A DNA stretch of 64,000 nucleotides from Ruditapes philippinarum (lineage: Eukaryota): assembly GCF_026571515.1 (NCBI RefSeq), contig NW_026863697.1, positions 434,001 to 498,000 of the forward strand, written 5' to 3'. The notes under the pieces are model-generated. The model did not search any database, was not told where the DNA came from, and saw only the letters and a list, made by a program, of their open reading frames with translations. The position numbers were made by a program, and so were the translations under genes. Positions 25,958 through 39,762 of this stretch are shown one piece after another (within the stretch, counting starts at the first letter, position 1; the number at the start of each line of letters is the position of its first letter).

Positions 25958-28900
25958 TTTGGTTTTTTCTTGTTAATAGGAAATGTATTATAATCAAACT
26001 AATAATCTTATATTTCAACACAGCTGTAATAAAAGATTACAAAATTTAACTAAAAATTAGCGCTTTTCAGGGTTTCGATTACATTTTAGTATTTCAGCTG
26101 ACTAACCTATGTTCTAGATATTTGATACAGAAGTGCCAGGAATTGGCTTATTCCTAATTATTTATTAATCATTTTCCAAAATGGGTATATACAACATAAC
26201 ATAACTTGGTATCTCTTGTTATTTAAACAGTGACAGAGAAAAAAAGAACGTTTGACATTTCATGTTTAGAATAAAATGAACATTTGTCAAACTGACAACG
26301 CCTGTATGCAATGTTCAGTGAAAGGAAAGACAAAGAGCAAAAATTATTTGAACTCATCATTTATTTACAAGAAGAACCTAAAATACTCAAAAAGTAAATG
26401 TTTAAATTGGATATATACCGGGAAAGTTGTTTAGAAACACTGACAAGAGCTGAATTATTTATTCCCTCAAAAGTAATTTCATACACTATAATGTAGAAAT
26501 CTTATTGATTTATTACGTTTTATACAAATGACATTTCAAGGGACTTTCTGTTGTATCATCGTTTACAAACTGTAGTTATGTCCGTGAACAAGCTCAGTCA
26601 AATCGAGCCTGCAACATTTTTAATTGTCTGTCAAGATTTAAACTGTTAATACAAATTTTGGTTAATTTTGCTCCTCAAATTCAGTGGTACCTCGAAATCT
26701 CCTTGATTTTGCATATTGTCTACATATTTTTTAAGTATCTTAAGTGAAGTATTAGAGCAAAGATAAAAAACAAAAGGAAAATCAACGTTACGAAACGCAA
26801 CGTTCTTCCACACAAGAGCACGCACTACAAGGGTACCCAGTGGTCCAACAAATAGGACCAAACATGCTAAAACAAAGGGGAAAGAGAGAACTCAAAGCAC
26901 GGGAAGGGTCTGATTGATTTTTTTTTATATCAAACCGAAAATATGACAACCAACAACCTTGAATAGAAAGCTTTTTTGCCGAAAGTAGTCTTTTTTAGCC
27001 ATTACATAAATACATAGTGGTTTTTCTTATGTCTTCTAAAAGAACCAAGGAATGTTTTAAAGCTGGGAAAGTCACACACTTTGTTTATTTTGATTAAAAT
27101 ATACAGCCATAATGACAACGAAACTCTGTCTAAAAGAATATTCTTTTAATTCATTGATGAAATGTGTGTTTTTTTAAGTTGTAAGTTGTTTACAAATGTC
27201 GTATAAAATCTAACATAGTCGTTTTTATGAACATTACATAAATACAAACTTTATATATAAAATGTTCTTTCAGTGACAGCTCATATGAGGTTATTCGACA
27301 GTGATTTCTTCATTCTTGTTTTTCCTGGGTTATTTTTTTCCGAAGATCTTAATCGAGGAAACGACATAAAATAATATGTCTCCTTGTCTATCTGTATTTG
27401 GTATTTTTGTATCCATATATCAATTTAATTTTCTTATGGGAAATATACCCTCCTCTTGTAATCGAAATTACTTGTAACAAACAATTGATGGTAATTGTCG
27501 CCCAATGATCTACCGTCGTCCCCATGAGTGTAATTGTATCTACACCAGGTCATATCTCTTATGGAACTCTGATTTCGCCTTCAAAAGTTTTAAACAATAT
27601 AGTACGATCACAATTCTCTCGGGCATTGTAATGACATAAATCGCTTTAGATGATACATTGCACGGTTGGAAAGCAAAACACGTGTTACAGGCAAGACTCT
27701 CTTGGGATGAAATATGTTTTGCTTTTACTAGAAATTTCTATCACTGTTCAAAACAAATAACAAAACCATATTTATGCATATAAGTTATAGAATATAAGAA
27801 ATTGCGAAAAGAAAATAAACACAACAAGTACACTTTAATGCCCAAAAGAATTGTTTCACATGCTTTGATTTGTGGAAAAAGAAAGATTAAGCCTACGCTA
27901 AAAATTCATCTTAAAATACGTTGTATAAACGTTTCCGTATAGATACAATAGATATGTAGGAATTTAAATTATTGTAAATCAGTTTGTCAAGTCATTCATT
28001 TTTGTTCTTTGTTAATAAATAACAGTAGAAAAAAAATATTTCACTTTTCATGTGTTTGTTGACGTAAATTAATTTTACTGACATAGATCTGATGATTTTA
28101 AGTAACCACTAAGAAAACACGACCACACATATAATGGCGATTAATTATAGACATACAATTATATGCATTACATACCAGGAACATACAAAACAAACAAAGT
28201 AAGCAAGCTCTCTTCTTCGTCTAATATTTCAATAAATTAATATGTGGGTTATGATGAAAAAGAAATGAAATAAAAAAATTAAGATTAAATCTTCCTCTCT
28301 TGTTATAACGTCCTCAATGGTTCAGATTTTTTGTTTAATTATTAACACGTTTGCAGTCCTTTGAGATTAAATGAAATATTTTCTCTGATGTAATATTCAT
28401 ATTGGCACAGATGAAAATGCTTTTTTTGCTGATATCTGTTTACATTGTGGAAATTATTTTGATACAATCCGTCTGATACGTCCCTAAAGGACATTGAATA
28501 TTTCTGTGAAATATTATCCCACGCTTATATGCCAATTTTAGTCATCCGTCCGTACAGATGTCTGACTTTTATGTCAATGAATATGTTCATCAATTGTTTG
28601 GTAATAATATTGGCGTTTGATATATATCACTTTGACAGAAATTGATGAATTAATTTAATGTGAAAGTGTGAGACAAAAATGCAGTATTTAATTTATTGGT
28701 TAGGCACTGAAAAATACTTTAAGCGAATCAGTATACCAGTACAATGAAATGGAATGCATTTATATTTTTTTTATCTGTTCGGATAAATATTGGAGGATTA
28801 GCATCTTAGTAGCTACCGTTTATATTTTCATATCAAGCCGGGGAACTTGATAAAAAAACTGAATACCTTCAATTTACTTAATATTTAAAACAAACATTCC

Positions 28901-29519
28901 AATGAATTCGTTATAAATGTATGATACATATATAAGTATTACTAAGATGGTCTGACATTGTGAATGGAGCTAGTACATTTTTCTTTTGCAGTTGACGATT
29001 GAGTTTAATTTTGTACAATTGTGTGTACACAAGTTAGTTCTTTATATCAGTTCATGAATTGTGCTCTATCTACATGTAGTTCTTGTAACATACAGTGGTT
29101 GAAATGTTTTGTATAGAAAACAGTTTGCTTGCTTGATTTTTTGCAATATGTTGATAATGTATATTCCTATTAAGGAAAAAAAACGTTGTTGGTGAAATAA
29201 CAACGTAATAAAATAACTTGCAATAACCAATTGTACCTTTTTAAAAAAAAATGAAAATAGCATTTGGATATAAGCGTTATATTTTTATCGTAATATTTTT
29301 ATAGTCTTTCAGTTAACACTTTAAACCGACTTTTAATGTATTTGTGCTGTACAATTTTGCCTGAAAACAAGTAATTTCTCATCAAACTTAAAATATTTTA
29401 AATCTTTGCAGTATTATCCAAACAATATATTATAAAAATCAGTTCTCTTTAAGGCCTAAAAGATAAAATATCTTATTTTCTGATAAATATACGCATTCTA
29501 CGCATAAGAATAATCTCCT

Positions 29520-29555
29520 TATTTATTCATTTCTTTATTTTATTTATTTATTTGT

Positions 29556-29586
<31 letters not shown>

Positions 29587-29589
29587 TTG
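29520..29589. repeat. (TTTA)n microsatellite
   Basis: Direct observation. Confidence 0.85.
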
Positions 29590-31377
29590 AAAAAGATTGT
29601 TCAGCATTGAATGCTTTCATCCTCAAGAGGATTAACAAACATGTCCTCAAAAGGTGACCTATTGAAAATATCACCGTCTGCTTCTTAAAGATACATTGCG
29701 CGTTGTTGTACGCACCGATAAATCTTTTGACGTCTGTAAGGCGCGATCTTCTAAAGTTCACGTTTCCGGTTTCGAAGACAATTAGCAATAAACCATTCCT
29801 TTCCATGCTGTTATTAAGCCTAGGTCTGGTTACCGCTAAATGGTTCATTAGGTAAAAGCTGATATTAAGTTCAATACGTAGGTTGAATGTCTCTTTCTGT
29901 AATGATATACTATGCTCATCTTTGGTTAAAATACTTTTATTGCAGAAATGTATTGAAGTCTAGGAATTTCTTACTGAATATATGTCTAATTTGAATTAGA
30001 GAGTGCATACAATTTGCTTGGGCCCTGGAATCACCTCTACTGTTCGAAATCATATGGATCTCCCTAAAAATATGCTAGCTGTTGGATTATATATGTACTT
30101 GGTAATCGCACTGTATTTACCTAGAATGATCGTGTACAGATAACTGCACATTCAGCGTTTCTTTATTAGTTGTTCAACATTTAATTAATCTCAACTCATG
30201 TTTGACCTTTCTAAAAGAAAATTGTTTTGTTAGGCATAATGTGCCTGCAAGGACTTAACATAACCTCTTAAGATATGCAATGGGTAAGTTTGGTTATTTG
30301 ATTCCTGTGAGTTGAACAAGATTTATATATAAAAACAATTATAAAAGGCTTTCGTGCAGTATAATCACGGGTTTGTGGACTGCTACGATTAACAAGAATG
30401 CATTGTTTCTCTTTGAATGTCTTATGTGGTAGAGGAAAATTAAATCAATATAAACTTCATTCATCCCAGTTATGATTAATTTGACGTCATGTAGTCATAT
30501 TTGGATTCTTTATTGACGTAATCATTGCGTATTCTTCAAACGCAGTATACAATGTATTATTTTGTAGAAATGTCAATTTTTCTTTTAATTTCTTAAAAAA
30601 GAAATGATTATCAAACCTTTCGATTATAAGATACCAAAATCGGTTACAATTTTTCAGCTATGCATGTATATTTCCATCAAAACATAAAAAAGAAACCTAT
30701 ATAACAGGTTTAAAGACGGATGTGGAAACAAACTCTTGTTTTGGCTTCAACATAAATAATAAAATTCAACATAAAAAAAATGAAAATGGTTTTATTTAGA
30801 ATTTAAAAAATATCAATGGCGGAGTTTAAGTACGTTCAACCATCTATGTGGCATTTATGTTCCATGTCATGAAAAGAGGAATGCTGACTCAAACTTTATT
30901 ACCGAATGAGTGCACTGTAATTTTAGACGGCGAGTCTTAAATGCCTTTACTTTGATTATAACAGTGCTGTGGCAGGAATTGCATTTGAATACCTTATCAA
31001 CATAATGATAAATTGTTTAGTCTCCAGAAGTTGAAGTCCGTCAACATTATGCTCAACAACTAAGTCAAACAAAAGCATGTCTGAGTATGTTTGATATTTA
31101 AAAAACACAATGTAATTTGTTCTTAAAATGAACGTTCTCTTCCTTGCAAAACGCCAGGTATTTCATATAATTTCTGTAATGCGGATGTTTCGCCTCTTCA
31201 TACAAGATGTAAGAAGATATTTATTGAGGTCTACACAATAAAATGTCTTTTCTGAACTATAGTGTAGCAAGACAAGTTCAGTTCGACTTTAATACTATTC
31301 ACATAAACTGGTTATCATGTACCTTTTTATAGTCAACGTTATCAGGTGGATGTATTTATCAGCGCTATTATATAATT

Positions 31378-31587
31378 GAGCCGGGCCATGACAAAACCAA
31401 CATAATGCGTTTGCGACCATCCGCGCAGTCCGATCAGGATCCATGCTGTTCGCTTACAAACCCTATAACAAGTAGAGAAACTGATAGCAAACATCATGGA
31501 TCCTGATCAGACTGCGCGGACGCGCAGACTGGTCTGGATCCATGCTGGTCGCAAAGGCATTATGTTGGTTTTGTCATGGCGCGGCTC
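31378..31587. mobile_element. Palindromic MITE copy 3 (deletion in left arm)
   Basis: Same termini and spacer; lacks ~25 bp of the left arm. Confidence 0.88.
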
Positions 31588-31667
31588 ATATATTTTTTTT
31601 CTAACCAAACTGATTGAAAAGAACAAACTTAAGCTGTCTGCAAAGGCACATCGAAGTGAAGATCAAT

Positions 31668-31920
31668 AGGTAGGGCGCTGGACTGCGCATCGGGCGATCC
31701 GGGTTTGATCCCTAGAAGGCGCAGGTCACTTTTGTTGTGATTGATTATGAAATCATTTCTTTGGTTATTCGCATTGTACCTCTGCTCTGGCATGTACAAA
31801 AGTTTTCAGTTCCTTGCAAAAGTAAAAGCAATTAGTCCTGGTAAACTGCTTGACAGCCTTCCTATGTGGCTGAACTGAGCTATGGTAATTTAATTGTTGG
31901 TAACTGCCGTGATCCGGAGT
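31668..31920 (+). mobile_element. tRNA-headed SINE with Nin-like central domain
   Basis: tRNA-like head (GGTAGGGCGCTGGACT..GGGTTTGATCCC) followed by GATTGATTATGAAATCATTTCT..TCAGTT..CTGGTAAACTGCTT. Confidence 0.65.
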
Positions 31921-34716
31921 GAAAGCTACCACCACCACATCGAAGTGTGTCCGTAAAATGTTTGTTACATGTAAAGATGAAACTCATAGCTAATATATGA
32001 GTAGCTACATACATTAATGATGACGTCTGACATTTATCTATGTATCGAAAGTTAAATATCTTTATCATCAAATTTATAATTCAGATTTTTAATTAGTTAA
32101 GTGGGCATTTTATTTCGATCTGATTAAATGTATATGCTGTTTATTTTCCTATACAGATGGTAAAAAGTTTGTATTATAACATAATAATCAGTTAAAGCAT
32201 AATGAAAAAATATTTTCCTGCAAATATGAATTCAAACTTTGCAATTGATCGAGATCGCTTAATGTATTTGTGAGGATAAAGATTGGAAAGTTATCATGAT
32301 AAAAAAATGATTCTATATAGAATAGTTTTTAATACCAACCAATAAGTTGCGGATTCGGTTTAATTTTACATGTACACGTGCGATTGATGGAAGCAAGTAC
32401 AAGCTATCGTCCGCAGCCACCCCGCCAGCACCGACTCAAACAAACATTCTGCATGTTGAAATAGTAAAATTATGTTAAATTATTTCATTGAAATACCATT
32501 GACGCAAATGTATTGTAAAGTCTGAATAGTATTATACTAAATCAAAATTCTATTTTAACATTTCGCATCAATTGATTACGATTACCTAGATGTAAGGTCA
32601 TAACCATTGGATGGTTTTAAACATTTGACCACTTTTAAGTATATTTTTTTCATTTAATGGGCCTCAGGAATGTACTCTAAGAACTTCACTTTAAGAACTT
32701 CACACTTTAAGGAAAAAAAATTGTAGTGTCGAAAGTGCCGTTTTTAGGTCTGCAAATTACAAATTTCAAGCAATAATGTAAAAAAAAACAATATCGTAAA
32801 AATTTGTTCAACATTTTTCAGTTGAAATAAAAAACGTTAAGTGAAAATTTTGCATGGGAGAATGTCATAAATTATAATTATCCTTGGAAACATTTTACTT
32901 CCTCTTTACGACATTGTACGATGATGATTCTCCTTTTTACTATATTAGCAAAAGGCAATGTTTCAACCGACGCGGCCAGCAATCCTTAGATTACTTGTCC
33001 GACGCGTTAATTACTCGGCCAAAATCGCCACGCAAAATGAGCTTTATTTGTGAGGGTTTTGATTAGTTTGTGTTCTATTTTTAGAGAAAAAAAAACTGTA
33101 TATTTCGTATGAGATGTCGTGCTGCAAATAAAGCGTTTGCAAAGGAATAATATTTATCTAACTGACTTACAGCTATGCTCTGGATGAATATAATCACAAT
33201 TTTAAGTCCCTATTCTGAACAGAAATCTGTTTGCGAATCAGAAGAATCTAAATTTTCATTCATAATTGCTCTCTGGGCGTCATCGCAGTTTTCAGATTTA
33301 ATTAAATAATTGCATTGTTGTGAATGGATTTTAACTGTTGACAATTGATCTCTAAATTGTTTTGTTTCCTTCCAATACAACCAGAACACAATTTATTATC
33401 CGTTGAATTTTTATTGCATCTGAATTGCAGGATTAATTGATTTCTTTGCAAGATTTCTACAGAATTTCAATTTAATGCATAAAGCTGCTTAAATAAATTA
33501 CAGAACGCTGATATTTTTTGTAAATAAAATTTAAGTGTTGAAATTTTTTAAGAAGATTCATTTAGTTATTTGATTTCTTCCAAGACTCATATGATAAGGG
33601 CGTCCACGTGTGTCTGGATTTTCATGTGAGGTTTGATATTGCAGGGTTGGTCGGGTTGTGAGGCTTCGTGGTTCTGCTCCCCCACGTTGATCTAACCTTT
33701 ACACTGAGTAATTGCATTCAAAACCTGTTTGTTAACATTGTACAAAAAGAACACTTTTGTGATTTTAAGTTTCAAAACAATTAGAAGAACAATATTACCG
33801 GAAACTGTGTAAATGAGGGAATTAAAGATCGAAGAACAAATTCGTAAACAATTAATATTTCTCAATGTAAAACCTTCATTCATTTATCACAATCACAAAG
33901 GTGTTAAGTAAATACCTTTGTTTTTTAAAATCTAGAATAATATGAGTTTTATCTTTTTTTAAAAATATTTTTCACAATGTTAAATATTGTAGAATTACCA
34001 ATGACGAATCAACTCTGAAAACGAACTTGTGGTATTATGTGTGTCTCTCTGTTAACGTTTCAGAAATTCAGAAAAAAAGAAGTTTTATTGAAATTCTAAT
34101 AAGCATTACTTTTTCAAGCTTTTGTATCCTTAAAAGCATGTCATACTTAATCAATGTTCGCAGACAATTATTCTGCATTTAGCAAGCTAAATGCTAAATG
34201 CAATGCCCATTATTTAATATTCCCAGATGTGAAATAAAACACTGACTGGCATTTGAATTTAACTTCAGTATGTCAATACAACTAGGTTTATTGTATACAT
34301 CCTATATTAGCTTCTAATTGTGTTTTCTAGTATATGATATAAGATATGTCGACAAATTCGTGCTCAGCATTTTTAAACGCTTTAACTTTAACCGTTTATT
34401 TATGTGTGTTCGTTGTAACTGAGTAAAAACCATGATAGCCTTATCATGCCAGTTTGAAATTCTTACTGTCAAATACTTATAAATTTGCTATTTGCAAATA
34501 GTATCTCTTTCTGGTGTTAAAGCTTGTATAGTGTATATTGCAAGTCCCAAAAGTTTTATAATAACTGGATGGACTATAGTGTACCCATTTAAATAAATGA
34601 ATTGAAAATTTTAAAGACAAATATTCAAATGATTGGGAAGCGTTTTGATTGTCTTTGTTTTTAGACAAAATTTGTATGTGTTAACCTTTGTCTGCGCTAC
34701 CAAGTCAAATATATAT

Positions 34717-34951
34717 GACCCGCGTCACGACAAAACCAACATAGTGGGTTTGCGACCAGCATGGATCCAGACCATCCTGCGCATCCGCGCAGTCTGATCA
34801 GGATCTATGCTGTTCGCTATCAGCTTCTCTACTTGTTATAGAGTTTGTAAGCGAACAGCATGGATCCTGATCAGACTGCGCGGATGCGCAAGCTGGTCTG
34901 GATCCATGCTGGTCGCAAACGCATTACGTTGGTTTTGTCATGGCGTGGCTC
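34717..34951. mobile_element. Palindromic MITE copy 4 (opposite orientation)
   Basis: Same arms; the central spacer is the reverse complement of that in copies 1-3. Confidence 0.88.
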
Positions 34952-35853
34952 ATTTATCAATTTGAAGTATAAAATTAAAGTACTAATGATATAGAGACGT
35001 AAGGACTTTTAAAATTTTGTTTCAAAAATTGACAAAAAATAGGTGCTTAATTCACGTGAAAAGTCTGATATCTTGAAATTATGTGACATTTTTTTTAAGG
35101 TAGACCTCAATAAGATCTAATTAATATTTTGTGTGTCCTATTGCGCAATGTCACTTTTGTCTGACAGTTTTGACGTCATTTCCGTGTATTAACTGCGTAT
35201 CCAATCAGAACGAGACAATTATGTCAAACAGACGTTGACGTAACTTCCGTTTAATGGCAGGGAGTCTTTTCGTTTAGTTTCTTGCCTTCATGTCACTTCC
35301 GTTTGTTTACAGCATTTTCTAGGAGCCCACCAAATCAGTTGATTAATTTTTACTTCCGTTTATAGACCCTTTCATTTAAGCGATAACAGTCAGAGAAGGG
35401 TTACTTCCCTTACCGGATGTGACGTAAATGGGGGATAAAACTATGCATGCCGCATAGAAAGTTAGCTTATTGAAAAGTTAAATACGTAATACTGATTGTT
35501 CAGTTATGAATATAACATGTAAAAATTTACGCATGCATACATAAATTCAATATCAAGACAATAGAAAAAAATACAAAAGCAAAGATTGAGATTAATTCTC
35601 GCTAACCACAGATTTATAAATCTCCATGTCGCAACGGAGTGAAACAGCGAAATTTCAAAGTGAATATTTCTATTAGATCTAGATTTTCTCAAATGCCAGG
35701 ATAAAAAGCTAGTAACTTAATCAAATTTAATATTTCACAAACACCTATACACACCGAAATTGCCTATTATAAATTTAAATGGCCATTTTCTAGTTTTCTG
35801 TGTTATTTTCTGTCATTTAGAAAATTCTGGCGTATTTGTGACAAACCTGAAAA

Positions 35854-35889
35854 CACGGATTTATATTACATTAGTAATATAAATCCGTG
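35854..35889. other. 36-bp palindromic insertion, putative P-superfamily excision footprint
   Basis: CACGGATTTATATTAC-atta-GTAATATAAATCCGTG flanked by cTGAAAA / tTGAAAA. Confidence 0.55.
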
Positions 35890-36895
35890 TTGAAAATAAG
35901 ATTGCCAATGTATTTTAATGATTGTTTTTCAAGCTTTAATAGAACAATAACAGAATGCATTATGTCAATACTTACTGATTCTTTTTCATTACGCCGTATA
36001 AAAAATATTTCAAAGAACCAGTGAAGGATTTAATTTTATAAATATTCAGGAAAGAACGAAAACCATGTGGCATTGACTTTTATAACTTTAGATTCGCAAC
36101 AGACGATAATAAGATAATTTTGATATTAAAATTCTATTCTTTAAAGACCTTTTCCCAGCAATTTATTTCATAGATAAATAGATGTGTATATATAAGCGCC
36201 ACTGGGCCGTAACTTATTAATTAAAAGGGCAATTGCGGACAATATGATAATTAAAAGGGTACATATGTCGTATATACAAGCGGCACTTGGCTGTGATATC
36301 ATAAATCACCAGGGTGCATTTTTTAGAGTTATAACATTACATCAGATTACGTCACTTTTGTTAGTTGTCAAAATATTTATGGTCCGAATTTTGTTATGGA
36401 TCATCCTAGGGACTTAATTGGTCATGCCTTACTGATTTGATACTCGATCCAGAGTCCTACCAACTGTCACAGTCAAATATACGTAAAATTATAATTCAGT
36501 TAATAATAAAGTAAACTTGTTTTTGTTGTTTTTTTGTGCTTTTTAAAATATTTGATAGGCAGAGTATGAATTAAAAAGTATCCAGTTGAAAATATTACTT
36601 TACCAGCTTGAATAATATTTGTGTGATGTACGATTTTTTGAGAGTGCATTTTTGCCGACACAAATAGTATACAGTCCTGTACATTCAAAAGAATTTTTAT
36701 TTTTTATGCCTTTACATTTTTTTTTTAAATTACATAGATTGATTTTGTTTTCTTTTCTTTGTCTTAGTAATGCTTAAATCAAAATTATTTTAATAAACCA
36801 GTATCTTGCAATTAAATATTACGCAGCCGTTTTTCGAAACTACAGAATCTTTACATTTTTGAAACTCAAAATATCTTTTGGGTATTTTATATTAG

Positions 36896-36926
36896 CAGAG
36901 ACCTAGATACATTATTTATATCTCTG
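36896..36926. other. 31-bp CA...TG insertion, putative P-superfamily excision footprint
   Basis: CAGAGA...TCTCTG flanked by aTATTAG / gTATTAG. Confidence 0.5.
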
Positions 36927-39351
36927 GTATTAGCAAGATAGTACGATTTAACTGCCTGGTAAAGTTTTCATTATTAAGAATCAAACGAAAATGGTAAGAT
37001 CATGATCAGTTACCCAGGGATATGGTCTACTATTAAAACAAATCGTTAACCATATTATATAGTAAACATATTTATTCATTTCACCATCCTTTTTATATAA
37101 TATCTTATTTAATTACACAAAATTTTGGCAATTTCAATCTGCCAATCTTAAAAGAGAAAGGTTTAAGATCTTTATATCCCTCTATTATTATACTAAATCG
37201 TATCGGCATCGTATCCCCCAATGACGTCATCCAAGGGCGACAACTTGAATACGGTCTTAAATGAAAGGGTCTATATGCCAAGTGTCCTTCCGTTAAATAC
37301 TTTTAGAATTTCTGTTTATAAAATAAATGTTGAATTTTCCTTAACTACTTATTACTGTTGTATTACATTGTTATATCAGAGGGAAATGCAAGTTCTCGAA
37401 TTGAAAACAACATAAACCCGTTTTCCTGTTAAGCCCTTTATTGTTAGCCATGCCAATAGTTGTGATTTCAATTAATTGCAAATAACACCTCTGTATTCCC
37501 AAGTTAGTCTTCTCGGGCACTCCTGTTCCTGATTGGCAATGCTACCTTTGACACTTTTAAATAATTAAAATATCTCCTCAAATGCCGGAAAGAAGAAGTA
37601 CCGGATCACTACACTTATTTCCCAGATACAAACATTTACTTTTGATGCATTTATATAAAAAACATTCAGTTTTATTTCTACATTTATCTATAGGCTTATT
37701 TATAAATATATGCTTCTTCTTTTTTGCTTCCTAAGTAATTCTTAAGTTGTTTTTTTTTGCGAATAGCAAAAGAGATAATTAAATGGCCTAAGATTTCAAG
37801 AAAAAGTTATATGTGACAAGCTAAAGGAAAATTTGGACATGTTCCAACGTTTGTGACGAAAAACATGTGAATATTGTGAAATGCCTTTTTTTCCAGAATC
37901 AATCTATGTATGATTTACCGATTAAAAATGTTTTAATTTCATAGTTCGTAAACAAATCTTTTGTTTCTTTTAAAGTATGTTTTACTTAAAATCAGTTTTC
38001 GTTTGTGAACGTCGCCTTGCCTTGTTGATCCTTGGCCTGCCATTTGTAACGTGTTGATATGGTAACGTGTCGAAACTTCATCTGATTTCGGCTAGTATTG
38101 GATGGTGAACTACAATTTCAAATTTCCATACATCTCACATAATCTAATTTCAATGTGTGGGCGGTGATATAAGGTGATTTGTGAAATCGTTGAGGCAAAT
38201 GTAGATTGATTGGGGATAACGAGATAAAAAAAAACTTAAAACACTGATTTTTATCATCATTATTTTAACAAAATACATGAAATTTCTTTCTGGATTATAA
38301 GTTGACAGGTACAATTGAATTCACATTTCTGTACCATTATACATGTATATTTAGAACTGTCTGTCCAGAGTGTCAATAAAATTGTCAAACTGGTAAGTGT
38401 TAATTATAATAATTACATTTCGCGGGGGGGGGGGGGGGGGAGAATCTATGGTTAGATAGAAATTCATAAGCTCTAAAGTGAGTTCAGGACGTGAAATTAC
38501 AAATTAATTTTTCCTCAAAATTTTAATAGCTATGCTGAATGAATAATTGAACTGTATTAAAAAAAATGAATTAAAGGAGAAAATGAATTAAAAGGAAATA
38601 AATGTGAATAATTTTTATTTTACACATGTACAAAGGAAATATTGTTGCCTTTAATTGTTTAACCTTTATGCGACCCATGTATGTCATGGGCTAAATCTAA
38701 TATTGAAGAAGTTGATGTCCACGCCTTTTGTTTTTTGTTGTAAATATAACTTATTATGTATTGATTTACCATAGATTATGCAAAAAAAAACCCGGTAAAA
38801 TCACATCGGTAAAAAGGGTTAATTTTCAAATCAAAATTCAAATGATTACAATTCCTGTACTCTTTAACATTCGATTAATATGAAGCAAACGTATTTTGTT
38901 TTTGCTAGCTTTTAAAAGTACAAACGATTCAAAACGTTATAATTTTATACCACGCAGACCAACCATTACGAAACAAAGTGACGGAACGATCAATTAAAAA
39001 CCAATGTAGAAAATATAACACAATACACGTGTGCTACTTCCGATTTGATTAAGCAATCTCACCTGAAATTTCCTGCTCAAATAGATGTACGTATTTCTAT
39101 ACAATAGAGAGAATTAATAGACGAAATTGTCATCAATGGAAGCAATTACTACCTGACGATTCGCACCATTATAGAAGATTTTATTTTGAAATGTGTGTCC
39201 AGTGGTAAACATTGTACACGTACTTTGTCTATTGTGCTTACACGCTATAGAAAACAGTTATTGGCTCTACAATTGATTCAAGAATGCTTTGCGAAACACA
39301 GTTGCCTTAGTCTATTCAATTTAAAGTTATTTTAGTTCGAATGTGTTAGCT

Positions 39352-39487
39352 TGAATCCGTTCCGGGAACAAAAGAATTAAGCAATGAATGCAGTTTCTTG
39401 CTCAAGGAAATTACGACTTGCCCCTGACAGGGTTTGAACACACGCGGTCAGCAGTCTTTAGATTACTAGTCCGACGCGTTAGCCATA
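39352..39487 (-). mobile_element. CORE-type SINE relic
   Basis: GTTTCTTGCTCAAGGAAATTACGACTTGCCCCTGACAGGGTTTGAAC; same family as 16015-16168. Confidence 0.7.
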
Positions 39488-39585
39488 GTTGTTTTAAAGT
39501 TGACAAAATTGACCGCTCCAGTTAAAAAGGTATATATCATAGTAAAACCAGCTAACAATTTAAGTTTGCAAATCATTGTAATCAT

Positions 39586-39762
39586 TGCTATCCAGCTAGC
39601 TTACGGAACGTCAGTGGTTCTACTCAGGTGCCCGTTCGAGCCTGAAAAAATGCACGGAGGGACACCTTAGGTCTTCCTCCACCAGTAAAGCTGGAACGTC
39701 TCCAAATGGCCTATACTGTGTCGGTGTGACGTAAAACACAAATCAAATCAAACCAAATCAAA
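39586..39762 (+). mobile_element. Meta-type SINE (5'-truncated)
   Basis: CCAGCTAGCTTACGGAACGTCAGTGGTTCTACTCAGGTGCCCG..GGTCTTCCTCCACCAG..GTCGGTGTGACGTAAAAC plus a (CAAAT)n tail. Confidence 0.78.

Noticed and set aside
30234-30283. Possible internal exon (ttag|...|gtaagt) of the prohormone-4-like gene
   Set aside because: In-frame stop in the required phase, and the length breaks the frame.
31668-31720. tRNA-like sequence
   Set aside because: No complete cloverleaf, and it continues into a SINE body, so it is a SINE head.
37188-37540. Helitron-like 5' start TCTATTATTATACTAAA
   Set aside because: No matching hairpin + CTRR 3' end was found.
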